Shown: positions 54,129-63,495 of the stretch, piece after piece
Position numbering within the stretch: the first letter of the stretch is position 1
Layout of the letters: each line of letters starts with the position of its first letter
Source: Pelagibacteraceae bacterium AG-422-B15
GTDB taxonomy: Bacteria > Pseudomonadota > Alphaproteobacteria > Pelagibacterales > AG-422-B15
Length of the DNA: 64,000 bases
NCBI GenBank assembly: GCA_905182345.1
Contig: CAJJBG010000007.1
Coordinates: 4,011 to 68,010, forward strand
Direction of reading: 5' to 3'
Program-made: the position numbers and the translations under genes
Notes under the pieces: model-generated
What the model saw: only the letters and a program-made list of their open reading frames with translations
Databases searched by the model: none
Told to the model about the DNA's origin: nothing

Positions 54129-55126
54129 TACTTAATATTTTTTAATGTACTAATAATTTCAGCTAGATCATCTTTAAGCGGATCTACACAAGGTAAATTA
54201 TATTTAGCAGAAATTTCATCTTTAAGTTTTTTTGGATCAGTAGACATAACCGAAGTATTTAATGCAATTCCAGCACAATGAATGTTTGGATTAGTAAGTC
54301 GTCCAAGCCTAATATTCTCTTCTATACATAAATCTAAAGATGGTAACAAAGTCTCAACTCCACGCATTTTAGTTCTTGTGGGTTCATGACATAGAATAAA
54401 AGCATCAGGCTGACTACCGTGTAGCAACCCCAAAGAAACACCTGCAAAAGAAGGGTGAAACAAAGATCCCTGACCTTCAATAATATCCCAATGATCATTT
54501 TTATTGTCTGGTGTGAGCCATTCAACTGCTCCAGAGATAAAGTCTGAGATAATTGCATCAACTGCTATGCCCTTTTCTGCAATTAATACGCCGGTTTGAC
54601 CAGTAGCTTTAAATTCAGCATCAATTCCCTCAGCTCGCATAGCTTTTTCAATAGCAAGAGCAGTATATTTTTTTCCAACTGAACAATCAGTTCCTACAGT
54701 TAGTAGTCTTTTTCCACTACGTTTTGTACCTTTTCCAGTAGGAAAAGTTTTATCATTAAATCTAAGGTCAAATAAATCTATATTATTTTTTATTGCAGCT
54801 TTATTAATTTCAGGAATAGAGCTTAGGCGTACATGCATACCACTTGCAATATTTAGACCTGAATCAATAGCCTCAACAATAGTTTGCTTCCACCTTTCTG
54901 ACAGTACTCCGCCAGCATTCACAATCCCAATAACCATAGTTTTAATGCCATGTTCTGCAGCTTCTGTAAAATTATAAGAAGGTAGATTTAGATGGACCTT
55001 AGCCTCTTTATAAACATATTGACCCTTACACCAATTTGGCCGCCATTCGTAGATGCCTGCTGCAGTTTTAATAGCAAGCTCATCCTTAGCTTCTCCAATA
55101 AATAATAAGTATGGTTTTGGTATCAT
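54128..55126 (-). CDS. DUF1611-family protein (DgcN-like putative N-acetyltransferase)
   Basis: PYLLFIG.A.D....KTA.G and VGTDCSVGK patterns typical of DUF1611. Its stop overlaps the epimerase start. Confidence 0.7.
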   Translation of the reverse strand: MIPKPYLLFIGEAKDELAIKTAAGIYEWRPNWCKGQYVYKEAKVHLNLPSYNFTEAAEHGIKTMVIGIVNAGGVLSERWKQTIVEAIDSGLNIASGMHVRLSSIPEINKAAIKNNIDLFDLRFNDKTFPTGKGTKRSGKRLLTVGTDCSVGKKYTALAIEKAMRAEGIDAEFKATGQTGVLIAEKGIAVDAIISDFISGAVEWLTPDNKNDHWDIIEGQGSLFHPSFAGVSLGLLHGSQPDAFILCHEPTRTKMRGVETLLPSLDLCIEENIRLGRLTNPNIHCAGIALNTSVMSTDPKKLKDEISAKYNLPCVDPLKDDLAEIISTLKNIK

Positions 55127-55247
55127 ATTATAACTCTGTTAATAAATGGCAAATATACTGTTAGTAACTTGTTCATATCTATGTTTATAAATAAAAGTAT
55201 TTAATTATTAGTATTTTAAACGTTTTTTTACAATTAATTTGATGTGT

Positions 55248-55327
55248 CGCATTTTTTATGCGTGGGGTTCGACCGGCCCTAGAAAAAGCGTTGGAGTATG
55301 TATTACTACTTACTTTGACGCTTTTTT
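55248..55327. other. GC-enriched structured element in the dgcN/fdx divergent intergenic region (candidate small RNA or attenuator)
   Basis: Hairpin CGCAT-TTTTT-ATGCG (55248-55262), then GTGGGGTTCGACCGGCCC. A 9-bp stem AAAAAGCGT/ACGCTTTTT (55283-55291 / 55318-55326) has A- and T-runs on both sides, like a bidirectional terminator. Confidence 0.3.
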
Positions 55328-55386
55328 GCAATAATACAGACATCAAAAATTATTTAATTGATCTTATAGTAAATATCATTAAATAA

Positions 55387-56257
<871 letters not shown>

Positions 56258-56264
<7 letters not shown>

Positions 56265-56851
56265 TCAACCTTTTCTATAATTGGTAAATCAACTCTTTTT
56301 AAATTAGAAAAAAATTCTTCACCTGGTTGGTAAACTCTCAAAACTACAGAGAAAACTTCCTCTATAGGAGTCTTTAGCCAATTTGCTACCTTGCTACTTG
56401 GCATGTTGTTTAGATATATTTCAAACTTACCACTTGGATCGTAAATTATATTTTCACTATTATAAGAATATTGTTTTTCTGTTGATTCAATCAAATAGCC
56501 ATCTTTTCCATAAACAGTAATACTCCACCATCGAGGACTCACGGATGCACTTTGAATATCATGTCCACTCATAAGATAGCAAGTAGAGCCATTTAAAGTT
56601 ATATCTTCAATATCCCTATCTGCAGAAAAATATGCGGATTCAGGTTTAGATAGAGCCAGCAAGCCATTTACCGAAACATAAGCCCGTGTATAAATACTTC
56701 GCTTTGGGTCACCTGGGGATGCGCTAACGGTCCAAATATCATTTTTAGTAAAAGTAATATTTTTATAAATAGGTATTGATACATACGTAAAAATAGCTGC
56801 AATGGCTATTATTATTAAAATGTATATGATATATTTTCGAATTAAAATCAT
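56258..56851 (-). CDS. membrane-anchored DUF1214-like protein
   Basis: N-terminal TM helix, with PRWWSITVY, ANWL and LRVYQP patterns. Overlaps the downstream gene by 7 nt. Confidence 0.55.
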
Positions 56852-56903
56852 TGTAAAACAGGTTAATGTTATTATTTAATATCATATAATCAATAATAGA
56901 CAA

Positions 56904-57926
56904 ATGACAGATCATATTAAAACAGACTGCCTAATAATAGGTGCCGGACCCGTTGGGTTGTTTGCGGTATTTGAATTAGGAATATTAGGATTAAAAGCAG
57001 AAGTCATAGATAACTTGGATAAAATTGGTGGACAATGTGCTGAGCTTTATCCTGATAAGCCTATATATGATATTCCAGGGATTCCCGTATGTACTGGGCA
57101 AGATCTAACGGATAGCTTGGCTAAGCAAATAAAACCATTCAATGCAAATATACACTTAAACCAAAGAGTAGATGAGCTGAAGAAAGTTGGAAATGAATGG
57201 GAAGTTAAGACTTCTGCAGGTAATAAATTTATCACACCCAATATTTTTATCGCTGGTGGTGTTGGTTCGTTTGAACCAAGAAGGCCTCCGATTGATAGCA
57301 TTCTTAAGTTTGAAAATAATGGCATTGCATACTCTGTAGCAAACAAACAAGCGTACACTGGGAAAGAGTTAGTTATTTTTGGAGGGGGAGATTCAGCTTT
57401 AGACTGGACAGTAGAGCTATCAAAGATTGCAAAACATATTACGTTAGTGCATCGTCGTGAAGAATTTAAAGCAGTTGAACACACCGTTGGTTTGATGAAA
57501 GAGCTTGTTAATGAAAAAAAAGTTACATTGCTTACTAATCGTCAAATAGCTGAAGCAAACGGTAAGGGTAAAATAACAAGTATTTCTATTAAAGATAATG
57601 ACGATAATTTTTCAGAAATTCCATGTGATAATGTATTGATTTTTCATGGTTTAAAAATGGAGCTTGGCCCTATTAATAATTGGGGTTTAAATTTAAATGA
57701 AAAGCAAATCTCTGTTAGCACTGAAGATTTTCAAACTAATTTAGAGGGGATCTTTGCCATTGGTGATATTTCTTATTATCCAGGAAAGTTAAAGTTAATT
57801 TTATCTGGGTTTCATGAGGCAACTCTTGCCTCTCAAACTGCATTTAAAAGAGCTCGTCCAGATGAAAACTTAGTATTCAGGTATACTACATCATCAAAAG
57901 ATATTCATAAAAAATTAGGAGTATAA
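56904..57926 (+). CDS. thioredoxin-reductase-like ferredoxin--NADP+ reductase (YumC type)
   Basis: DCLIIGAGPVGLFA, GGQCAELYPDKPIYDIPG, FGGGDSALDW and FAIGDI motifs. Confidence 0.85.
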   Translation: MTDHIKTDCLIIGAGPVGLFAVFELGILGLKAEVIDNLDKIGGQCAELYPDKPIYDIPGIPVCTGQDLTDSLAKQIKPFNANIHLNQRVDELKKVGNEWEVKTSAGNKFITPNIFIAGGVGSFEPRRPPIDSILKFENNGIAYSVANKQAYTGKELVIFGGGDSALDWTVELSKIAKHITLVHRREEFKAVEHTVGLMKELVNEKKVTLLTNRQIAEANGKGKITSISIKDNDDNFSEIPCDNVLIFHGLKMELGPINNWGLNLNEKQISVSTEDFQTNLEGIFAIGDISYYPGKLKLILSGFHEATLASQTAFKRARPDENLVFRYTTSSKDIHKKLGV

Positions 57927-57929
57927 GGG

Positions 57930-58565
57930 TTGTTTCAGAAACTTTATGACCGATATTTATGCCCGCATGTTATTAATTGGGCAATGCAGTCTAAGTCAAT
58001 AACAAAACAAAGAGAAAAAGTAGTCCCATATGCAAGTGGTAGAGTTTTAGAAATAGGTATTGGCTCGGGTTTAAATTTTAAGCATTACAAACAATCAAAT
58101 ATAAAAGAAATATTTGCAGTTGAGCCAGATAGCACGCTACTCGAAAAAGCAAAAATTAGAGCAAAAGAAAATAATATCTCTTTAAACATTCAGAAAATTC
58201 CAGCAGAATCATTACCCTTTGAAAATAATAGCTTTGATACAGTTTTAAGTACTTACACAATGTGTTCAATTTCAAATTTACAATTAGCATTAAATGAAAT
58301 GAAAAGAGTTTTAAAAAAAGATGGGAAATTTATTTTTTCTGAACATGGTAAGTCTCCAGATTTAAATATTTATAAATGGCAAAAAAGATTAAATCCAATT
58401 CAAAAGAGAATTGGAGGAGGCTGTCATTTGGATATAAACATTCCTTCTGTTATTAAATATGCTGGATTTGAGTTATCTGATTTGAATAGCATGTATATAC
58501 CTGGACCAAGATTTTTAAGCTATCATTATTGGGGCTCAGCATTCTTAGGCGACAAAGATGTCTAA
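57930..58565 (+). CDS. class I SAM-dependent methyltransferase
   Basis: Motif I VLEIGIGSGLN, post-I EPD and FDTVLSTYTMCS. TTG start, with ATG at 57984 as an alternative. Confidence 0.8.
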   Translation: MFQKLYDRYLCPHVINWAMQSKSITKQREKVVPYASGRVLEIGIGSGLNFKHYKQSNIKEIFAVEPDSTLLEKAKIRAKENNISLNIQKIPAESLPFENNSFDTVLSTYTMCSISNLQLALNEMKRVLKKDGKFIFSEHGKSPDLNIYKWQKRLNPIQKRIGGGCHLDINIPSVIKYAGFELSDLNSMYIPGPRFLSYHYWGSAFLGDKDV

Positions 58566-59214
58566 TTCAAAAATGGATGATGTTTTGAGTTTTGTCATTA
58601 ATAATGCAAAATTTGAAAACCCACAGTCAGTATTAGACACTATTGATCACTATGCAATAGACGGGTCACTAGATAAAAAAAGATTTTTAATGAATATTGG
58701 TCCAGAAAAAGGAGCAATTTTAAAAGAGACTATTAAAAAACATGGCTCAAAAAAAATTCTTGAGCTCGGTGCATTTATTGGATATTCAGCTGTTTTAATT
58801 GGCATGACTATGGATGATGACGCCACTTTAGTCAGTATTGATCCTGATGAAAATTCAATTAGAGTTGCAACTGAAATGGTGAAATATGCTGGTCTAGATA
58901 AAAAAGTAACTTTTGTTAAAAACACAGCCGAAGAAGCTATTAGAAAGTTTAATGATAAATTTGATTTAGTTTTTATTGATCATGCAAAAAAAAGATATTT
59001 TCCTGACCTACTTTTGTTAGAAGAGAATAAACTGCTAGAGAATGGTGCTGTTATTTTTGCAGATAATGTAGGCTTATTTGCTGAAGATATGGTTGATTAT
59101 TTTGAGCATGTTAGAAACCCTAGCTTATATAGCTCCACTAATATCGGATCTCACTTAGAATATCGAAATAATATTTATGATGCTGTAGAAATATCAATAA
59201 AGGTTAAAGATTAA
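58558..59214 (+). CDS. catechol/caffeoyl-CoA-type O-methyltransferase family protein
   Basis: ILELGAFIGYSAV, SIDPDE and FDLVFIDHAKKRY patterns. Confidence 0.75.
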   Translation: MSNSKMDDVLSFVINNAKFENPQSVLDTIDHYAIDGSLDKKRFLMNIGPEKGAILKETIKKHGSKKILELGAFIGYSAVLIGMTMDDDATLVSIDPDENSIRVATEMVKYAGLDKKVTFVKNTAEEAIRKFNDKFDLVFIDHAKKRYFPDLLLLEENKLLENGAVIFADNVGLFAEDMVDYFEHVRNPSLYSSTNIGSHLEYRNNIYDAVEISIKVKD

Positions 59215-60675
59215 ATGGAATGCAAAACGGATATAGTAATAGTTGGAGCAGGCATATCCGGTATTAGCGCTGCTACATATTTAAAAAAGAAATGTCCAAA
59301 TAAAAAATTTATTATTCTTGAGAAAAGATCTTCAATTGGAGGGACTTGGGATCTATTTAAGTATCCAGGTATTAGATCTGATTCAGATATGTTTACTCTA
59401 GGGTTTTCTTTTAAACCATGGAAAGAACGAAAAGCTATTGCGAATGGTCCTGCTATTATGAACTATTTAAAAGAAACAGTTGATGAGCGTAAGATAGATA
59501 GCCACATTAGTTATAATCAATCATTAATTAAGGCTGAATGGTCATCTAAAGAATCTAGTTGGAAGCTTACTATTAAAAATACCGCCACTAATGGAGATGA
59601 AATAATTTTTTGTAAATTCCTATTTATGTGTAGTGGATACTTTAATTATGAAAAAGGGTATACACCTAAGTTTAATGGGATTGAAAATTTTGATGGTGAA
59701 ATAGTTCATCCACAAGACTGGTCTGAAAAAATTAACTACAATGATAAAAAGGTAGTTATTATTGGAAGTGGTGCAACTGCAGTAACATTAGTTCCTGAAT
59801 TAGCTAAAAAAGCAAGAACTGTTACAATGCTCCAAAGGTCACCTACCTATATAGTTGCTTATCCAGATCAAGATAAGATTGCCAATGCTTTGAAAGTTTT
59901 ACTTCCTTCAAAAGTGTCATATGCACTTACACGCTTTAGAAATGTTTTATTTCAACAAATTTTATACACCTTATGCAGAAAATATCCGAAAAGATTAAAA
60001 AAATTTATTCTTGATAGGCTTAAAACATACTTACCAGACACAGAGATCAAAAAAAACTTTACACCAGAATACAATCCTTGGGAACAGCGCATGTGCCTTG
60101 TTCCAAACGGAGATCTATTTGAAAGTATAAAGGATAAAAAAGCTGAAGTTGTTACTGATCTGATAGTTGGCTTTGAGAGCAAATCGATTTTACTACAATC
60201 GGGAAAAAAAATACCAGCAGATTTAATTGTTACGGCAACAGGTCTAAATTTAGAGTTATTTGGAGGAGTGCAATTATTCATAGATGGTTCGAATATCAAA
60301 GCTTCATCAACAATGACATATAAAAGTATGATGTTTAGTGGCATTCCAAATTTTATTAGTACTTTTGGCTATATAAATGCTTCTTGGACACTAAAAGCAG
60401 ACTTAACGTCTCAATATGCCTGTAGATTAATTAACTTAATGGAGCGTAAGGGCTATAATTATTGTTGTCCGGTTGTTCCTAAAAATGTTGATGAAGATAT
60501 GGACTGGCTTGCTTCTGAGTTTTCTTCTGGCTACATTCATAGATCTAAACATTTATTTCCAAAGCAAGGAAATAAAGCGCCATGGAAAAATTATCAGAAC
60601 TACCTTAAAGATTGGTTTGACATTAAGTTTAATAAACTACAAGATTCTTCAATGAGATTTTATTCTAAAAATTAA
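59215..60675 (+). CDS. type I Baeyer-Villiger / flavin-containing monooxygenase (EthA-like)
   Basis: GAGISG FAD fold, the BVMO fingerprint FDGEIVHPQDW (FxGxxxHxxxW), and a second GSGATA NADPH fold. Confidence 0.85.
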   Translation: MECKTDIVIVGAGISGISAATYLKKKCPNKKFIILEKRSSIGGTWDLFKYPGIRSDSDMFTLGFSFKPWKERKAIANGPAIMNYLKETVDERKIDSHISYNQSLIKAEWSSKESSWKLTIKNTATNGDEIIFCKFLFMCSGYFNYEKGYTPKFNGIENFDGEIVHPQDWSEKINYNDKKVVIIGSGATAVTLVPELAKKARTVTMLQRSPTYIVAYPDQDKIANALKVLLPSKVSYALTRFRNVLFQQILYTLCRKYPKRLKKFILDRLKTYLPDTEIKKNFTPEYNPWEQRMCLVPNGDLFESIKDKKAEVVTDLIVGFESKSILLQSGKKIPADLIVTATGLNLELFGGVQLFIDGSNIKASSTMTYKSMMFSGIPNFISTFGYINASWTLKADLTSQYACRLINLMERKGYNYCCPVVPKNVDEDMDWLASEFSSGYIHRSKHLFPKQGNKAPWKNYQNYLKDWFDIKFNKLQDSSMRFYSKN

Positions 60676-60693
60676 GAGTGAAAAGAATATATT

Positions 60694-61641
60694 ATGCGTA
60701 TTACCAATAATACACTTTCTATAATTTTTATTCTTATTGGGATGAGTATTTTTTCAATTCAAGATTTATTAATTAGAGTTATTGCAAGTGAAATATCCCT
60801 CTTTCAAATTCATTTTACCAGGAGTGCTGTCGGCACAATATTACTTTGTCTGTACTTAAAGTTTTATAAAATTCCTATAGTTTTTAAGACTAGCTACCCA
60901 GTATTAACAACAATTAGAACTACACTTTTTTTATTTGGATTCACATTGTTTTATGTTGCCTTAGCCAATCTTTCTTTTGCTATTACCACAGCATTATTTT
61001 TTACAAGTCCTTTCTTTATAACAGTTTTATCTAGAATATTTTTAAAAGAAAAAATAGGCTTATATAGATGGGCTACAGTAGGGTTTGGATTTATTGGGGT
61101 AATTATAATTGTCAATCCTTCAGTTGATAATATTAACTATTATATGCTCATGCCAATAATATGTGCACTATGCTACTCATCATCAATGATAATAATTAAA
61201 CTTACTTCTGATAAAGATTCAGTTTATTCACAAACATTTCATTTTTACTTAACAGCCATAATTTTATGTCCAATTGTAGCTTTAGTGGGTGAAATATTTA
61301 ATTTAAATACAATTAATAATCGTGCTTTAGAATTTATGTTTAGACCATGGAATTTCAGTCTAAATATCTCATTACTATTTAGTCTCTTAATAGGAGTCAC
61401 TGCTGCAGTAGCATTTGTCCTAACTATTAGCGCTTATAGACTTGGCAAACCCTTCATTGTTGCTCCCTTTGAGTATATTCTTTTAGTTTGGGCTATAATC
61501 TATGGGTGGTTATTCTGGGATGAGGTGGTTTCATTAAGAAGTTGGATTGGAATAATAATGATTGTTACTGGGGGTATTTATATTTTCTATAGAGAAAAAA
61601 TTAATGATCAAAACTTATCTATTGATAAACCCTTAAGATAA
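60694..61641 (+). CDS. DMT-superfamily (EamA) transporter
   Basis: About 10 TM helices in two EamA-like halves. Confidence 0.8.
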   Translation: MRITNNTLSIIFILIGMSIFSIQDLLIRVIASEISLFQIHFTRSAVGTILLCLYLKFYKIPIVFKTSYPVLTTIRTTLFLFGFTLFYVALANLSFAITTALFFTSPFFITVLSRIFLKEKIGLYRWATVGFGFIGVIIIVNPSVDNINYYMLMPIICALCYSSSMIIIKLTSDKDSVYSQTFHFYLTAIILCPIVALVGEIFNLNTINNRALEFMFRPWNFSLNISLLFSLLIGVTAAVAFVLTISAYRLGKPFIVAPFEYILLVWAIIYGWLFWDEVVSLRSWIGIIMIVTGGIYIFYREKINDQNLSIDKPLR

Positions 61642-61734
61642 TTATCCATATCATTGATATTGCTTATTTTTTTTATTTTAAAGTCTATTGAGTATATTTA
61701 AGAATTATATATAGTTTTAAGTACCATTTCACAT

Positions 61735-61779
61735 GGTTTAAAAGTGACCGATCTACATCGGTTAAAAGTAGGTTAAAAC
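61735..61779 (+). repeat. three direct copies of GGTT(T)AAAA plus a 6-bp hairpin, upstream of a small basic protein gene
   Basis: GGTTTAAAAG at 61735-61744, GGTTAAAAG at 61760-61768 and GGTTAAAAC at 61771-61779. Hairpin ACCGAT-CTAC-ATCGGT at 61747-61762. Confidence 0.5.
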
Positions 61780-61803
61780 TATCAACTAAGAAGGAGTTGT
61801 AAA

Positions 61804-62007
61804 ATGCAAAAAAGAATGCACGCAATCCTTTCTCGTTTTAGCCAAAGCAAAGCCAAGGAAAAACGTGAAAGAATGTTAAATCATGTACTTGTTAAGTCAG
61901 TGGATACTAATGCCAATGGCACATCAGGATATACAGTTAAGAATGGTCCAAACAAAGGCAAGGTCTTAAAACATATAACGGTTAAGCATCCTAATAGGAA
62001 TTACTAG
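61804..62007 (+). CDS. 67-aa highly basic hypothetical protein
   Basis: Strong SD AAGGAG 7 nt before the ATG. Lys/Arg/His-rich with no hydrophobic segment. Confidence 0.5.
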   Translation: MQKRMHAILSRFSQSKAKEKRERMLNHVLVKSVDTNANGTSGYTVKNGPNKGKVLKHITVKHPNRNY

Positions 62008-62016
62008 CTAGAGTTA

Positions 62017-63495
62017 TTAAGAAATTATTATTGCTGAAACTATGGCGATATAGACCAGAGGTCCTGAATAATTAATTAAATTAGTCATCGGTATTTCTCT
62101 GTCATAAAGTTTAACAAAGCGATATTCCATTACTGATATTAATGTTGGTAATGCAGCAAATAAATACGACAGGGATATGATATAATCCATTTTTGTAAAG
62201 TAAGCTAATTTTGGAAGATCTTGATCAATAACAAAATTATATGCAACTAAAGAAAGCAAGCATACGGTTGTAACTGTTAATCTGCTTTCTAATTCTCTAG
62301 CAGTTAGCCACATGACACTCCAGCACACAATTAATATTAAAAATATTGGACCAATTATCTTAAAAATATAATAAGTTGCATTCCTTTGAATCTCAAATGA
62401 GTTTGAAATACCAAAACTACTTACTCCATAATTTAAATCAGTTTCCTCAAAGTACTTGTGTGAATAGGAATTTATGTTCCAGTCAAATAGATTATTGTCA
62501 TCAACAAATTTAGTAAGATAGTCTGAATCATACAGCCACATATTCGATACCCAAACTTTTGAATTAAGATCTTCACCTGATTGATCAATAAAATCTAAAT
62601 TCAATATTTGACTATCAAATGGAAAATTTTGAAAATGAAATTTATTAGAAAAAGTAGATAAACCATATTCAAGTCTTGATATTTCAATTCCTTGAACTTT
62701 AGTAACTGGATTATGCCAAGCAGAAAAATAGTAATTAACTTTTTTATTATTATCCGAGGTAATTATTTCATTTTTAAATTTAATCTTTGGTTGCCAAATT
62801 TTAAAATCATAATTAATAAATTCTTCTTCAGTTAATTTACAAGAAAAACCTAAAGCTGCACTTTCAGTTATGTCGACACCTTTAGTAAGAACAGACTCAG
62901 CAACATCGAAAACAGCTTGATCTTCCCAGTAGTAATTAAATTCATAGTTAATAGAGTAAGTGCCTTTTTTAGCATTTATTTCAGTTATATCTAAGATTTT
63001 CAGTTCGGGTATAAGTAGCACATCAATATCTGGAGTATTTACATCTAAAGTAAGCTCAATAAGTTTGTCTTCAATCCCATCATTTCTTTTGATCAATAGG
63101 TCTACTTTTTGTCCTAAGAAATAATACCAACTTTCAAGGGCAGTCATGTCTTCAGGAAATTTTTTGAGATCTACACCATCAAGCTCAATTATAATGTCAT
63201 TTTTTCTGAGTGCGATTTCACCTTCAGTACCTGGTATTAAGGCTGTAATTATCGGATATCCATCCTTTGTAATACCTGACCATCCATCTTTTACGGTATA
63301 TTTTCTGCCTAAGGTTGTCCCAGGTGTTAGTCCAATACCATCTAAAACTCTCTTACTAACAATAGTATTATTTGTATTTATCTTAGTTAATTCTATAAAA
63401 AAATTTTCACAAATATTTTCTGCACTATATGCAGAAAATGAATTTATTAATGTAAAAATAATTGATGTTAATAGAAATATTTTAACTTGTTTCAT
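62017..63495 (-). CDS. secreted PDZ-domain fusion to a prokaryotic pentameric ligand-gated ion channel (Cys-loop/Pro-loop receptor family)
   Basis: Signal peptide. PDZ-like aa 45-150 (IPGTEGEIALRKNDIIIELDG; VDLLIKRNDG). Ligand-binding domain marks YYWEDQ, IWQPKIKFKN and FPFDSQ. M1 YYIFKIIGPIFLILIVCWSVMWL, M2 ESRLTVTTVCLLSLVAYNF, then M3, a short loop and M4. Confidence 0.8.
   Translation of the reverse strand: MKQVKIFLLTSIIFTLINSFSAYSAENICENFFIELTKINTNNTIVSKRVLDGIGLTPGTTLGRKYTVKDGWSGITKDGYPIITALIPGTEGEIALRKNDIIIELDGVDLKKFPEDMTALESWYYFLGQKVDLLIKRNDGIEDKLIELTLDVNTPDIDVLLIPELKILDITEINAKKGTYSINYEFNYYWEDQAVFDVAESVLTKGVDITESAALGFSCKLTEEEFINYDFKIWQPKIKFKNEIITSDNNKKVNYYFSAWHNPVTKVQGIEISRLEYGLSTFSNKFHFQNFPFDSQILNLDFIDQSGEDLNSKVWVSNMWLYDSDYLTKFVDDNNLFDWNINSYSHKYFEETDLNYGVSSFGISNSFEIQRNATYYIFKIIGPIFLILIVCWSVMWLTARELESRLTVTTVCLLSLVAYNFVIDQDLPKLAYFTKMDYIISLSYLFAALPTLISVMEYRFVKLYDREIPMTNLINYSGPLVYIAIVSAIIIS

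Noticed and set aside
55261-55285. GGGGTTCGACC, considered as a tRNA T-arm or tRNA gene fragment.
   Set aside because: The flanks do not form a 5-bp T-stem, and no acceptor, D or anticodon arms can be drawn. It is kept only as part of an unexplained structured element.
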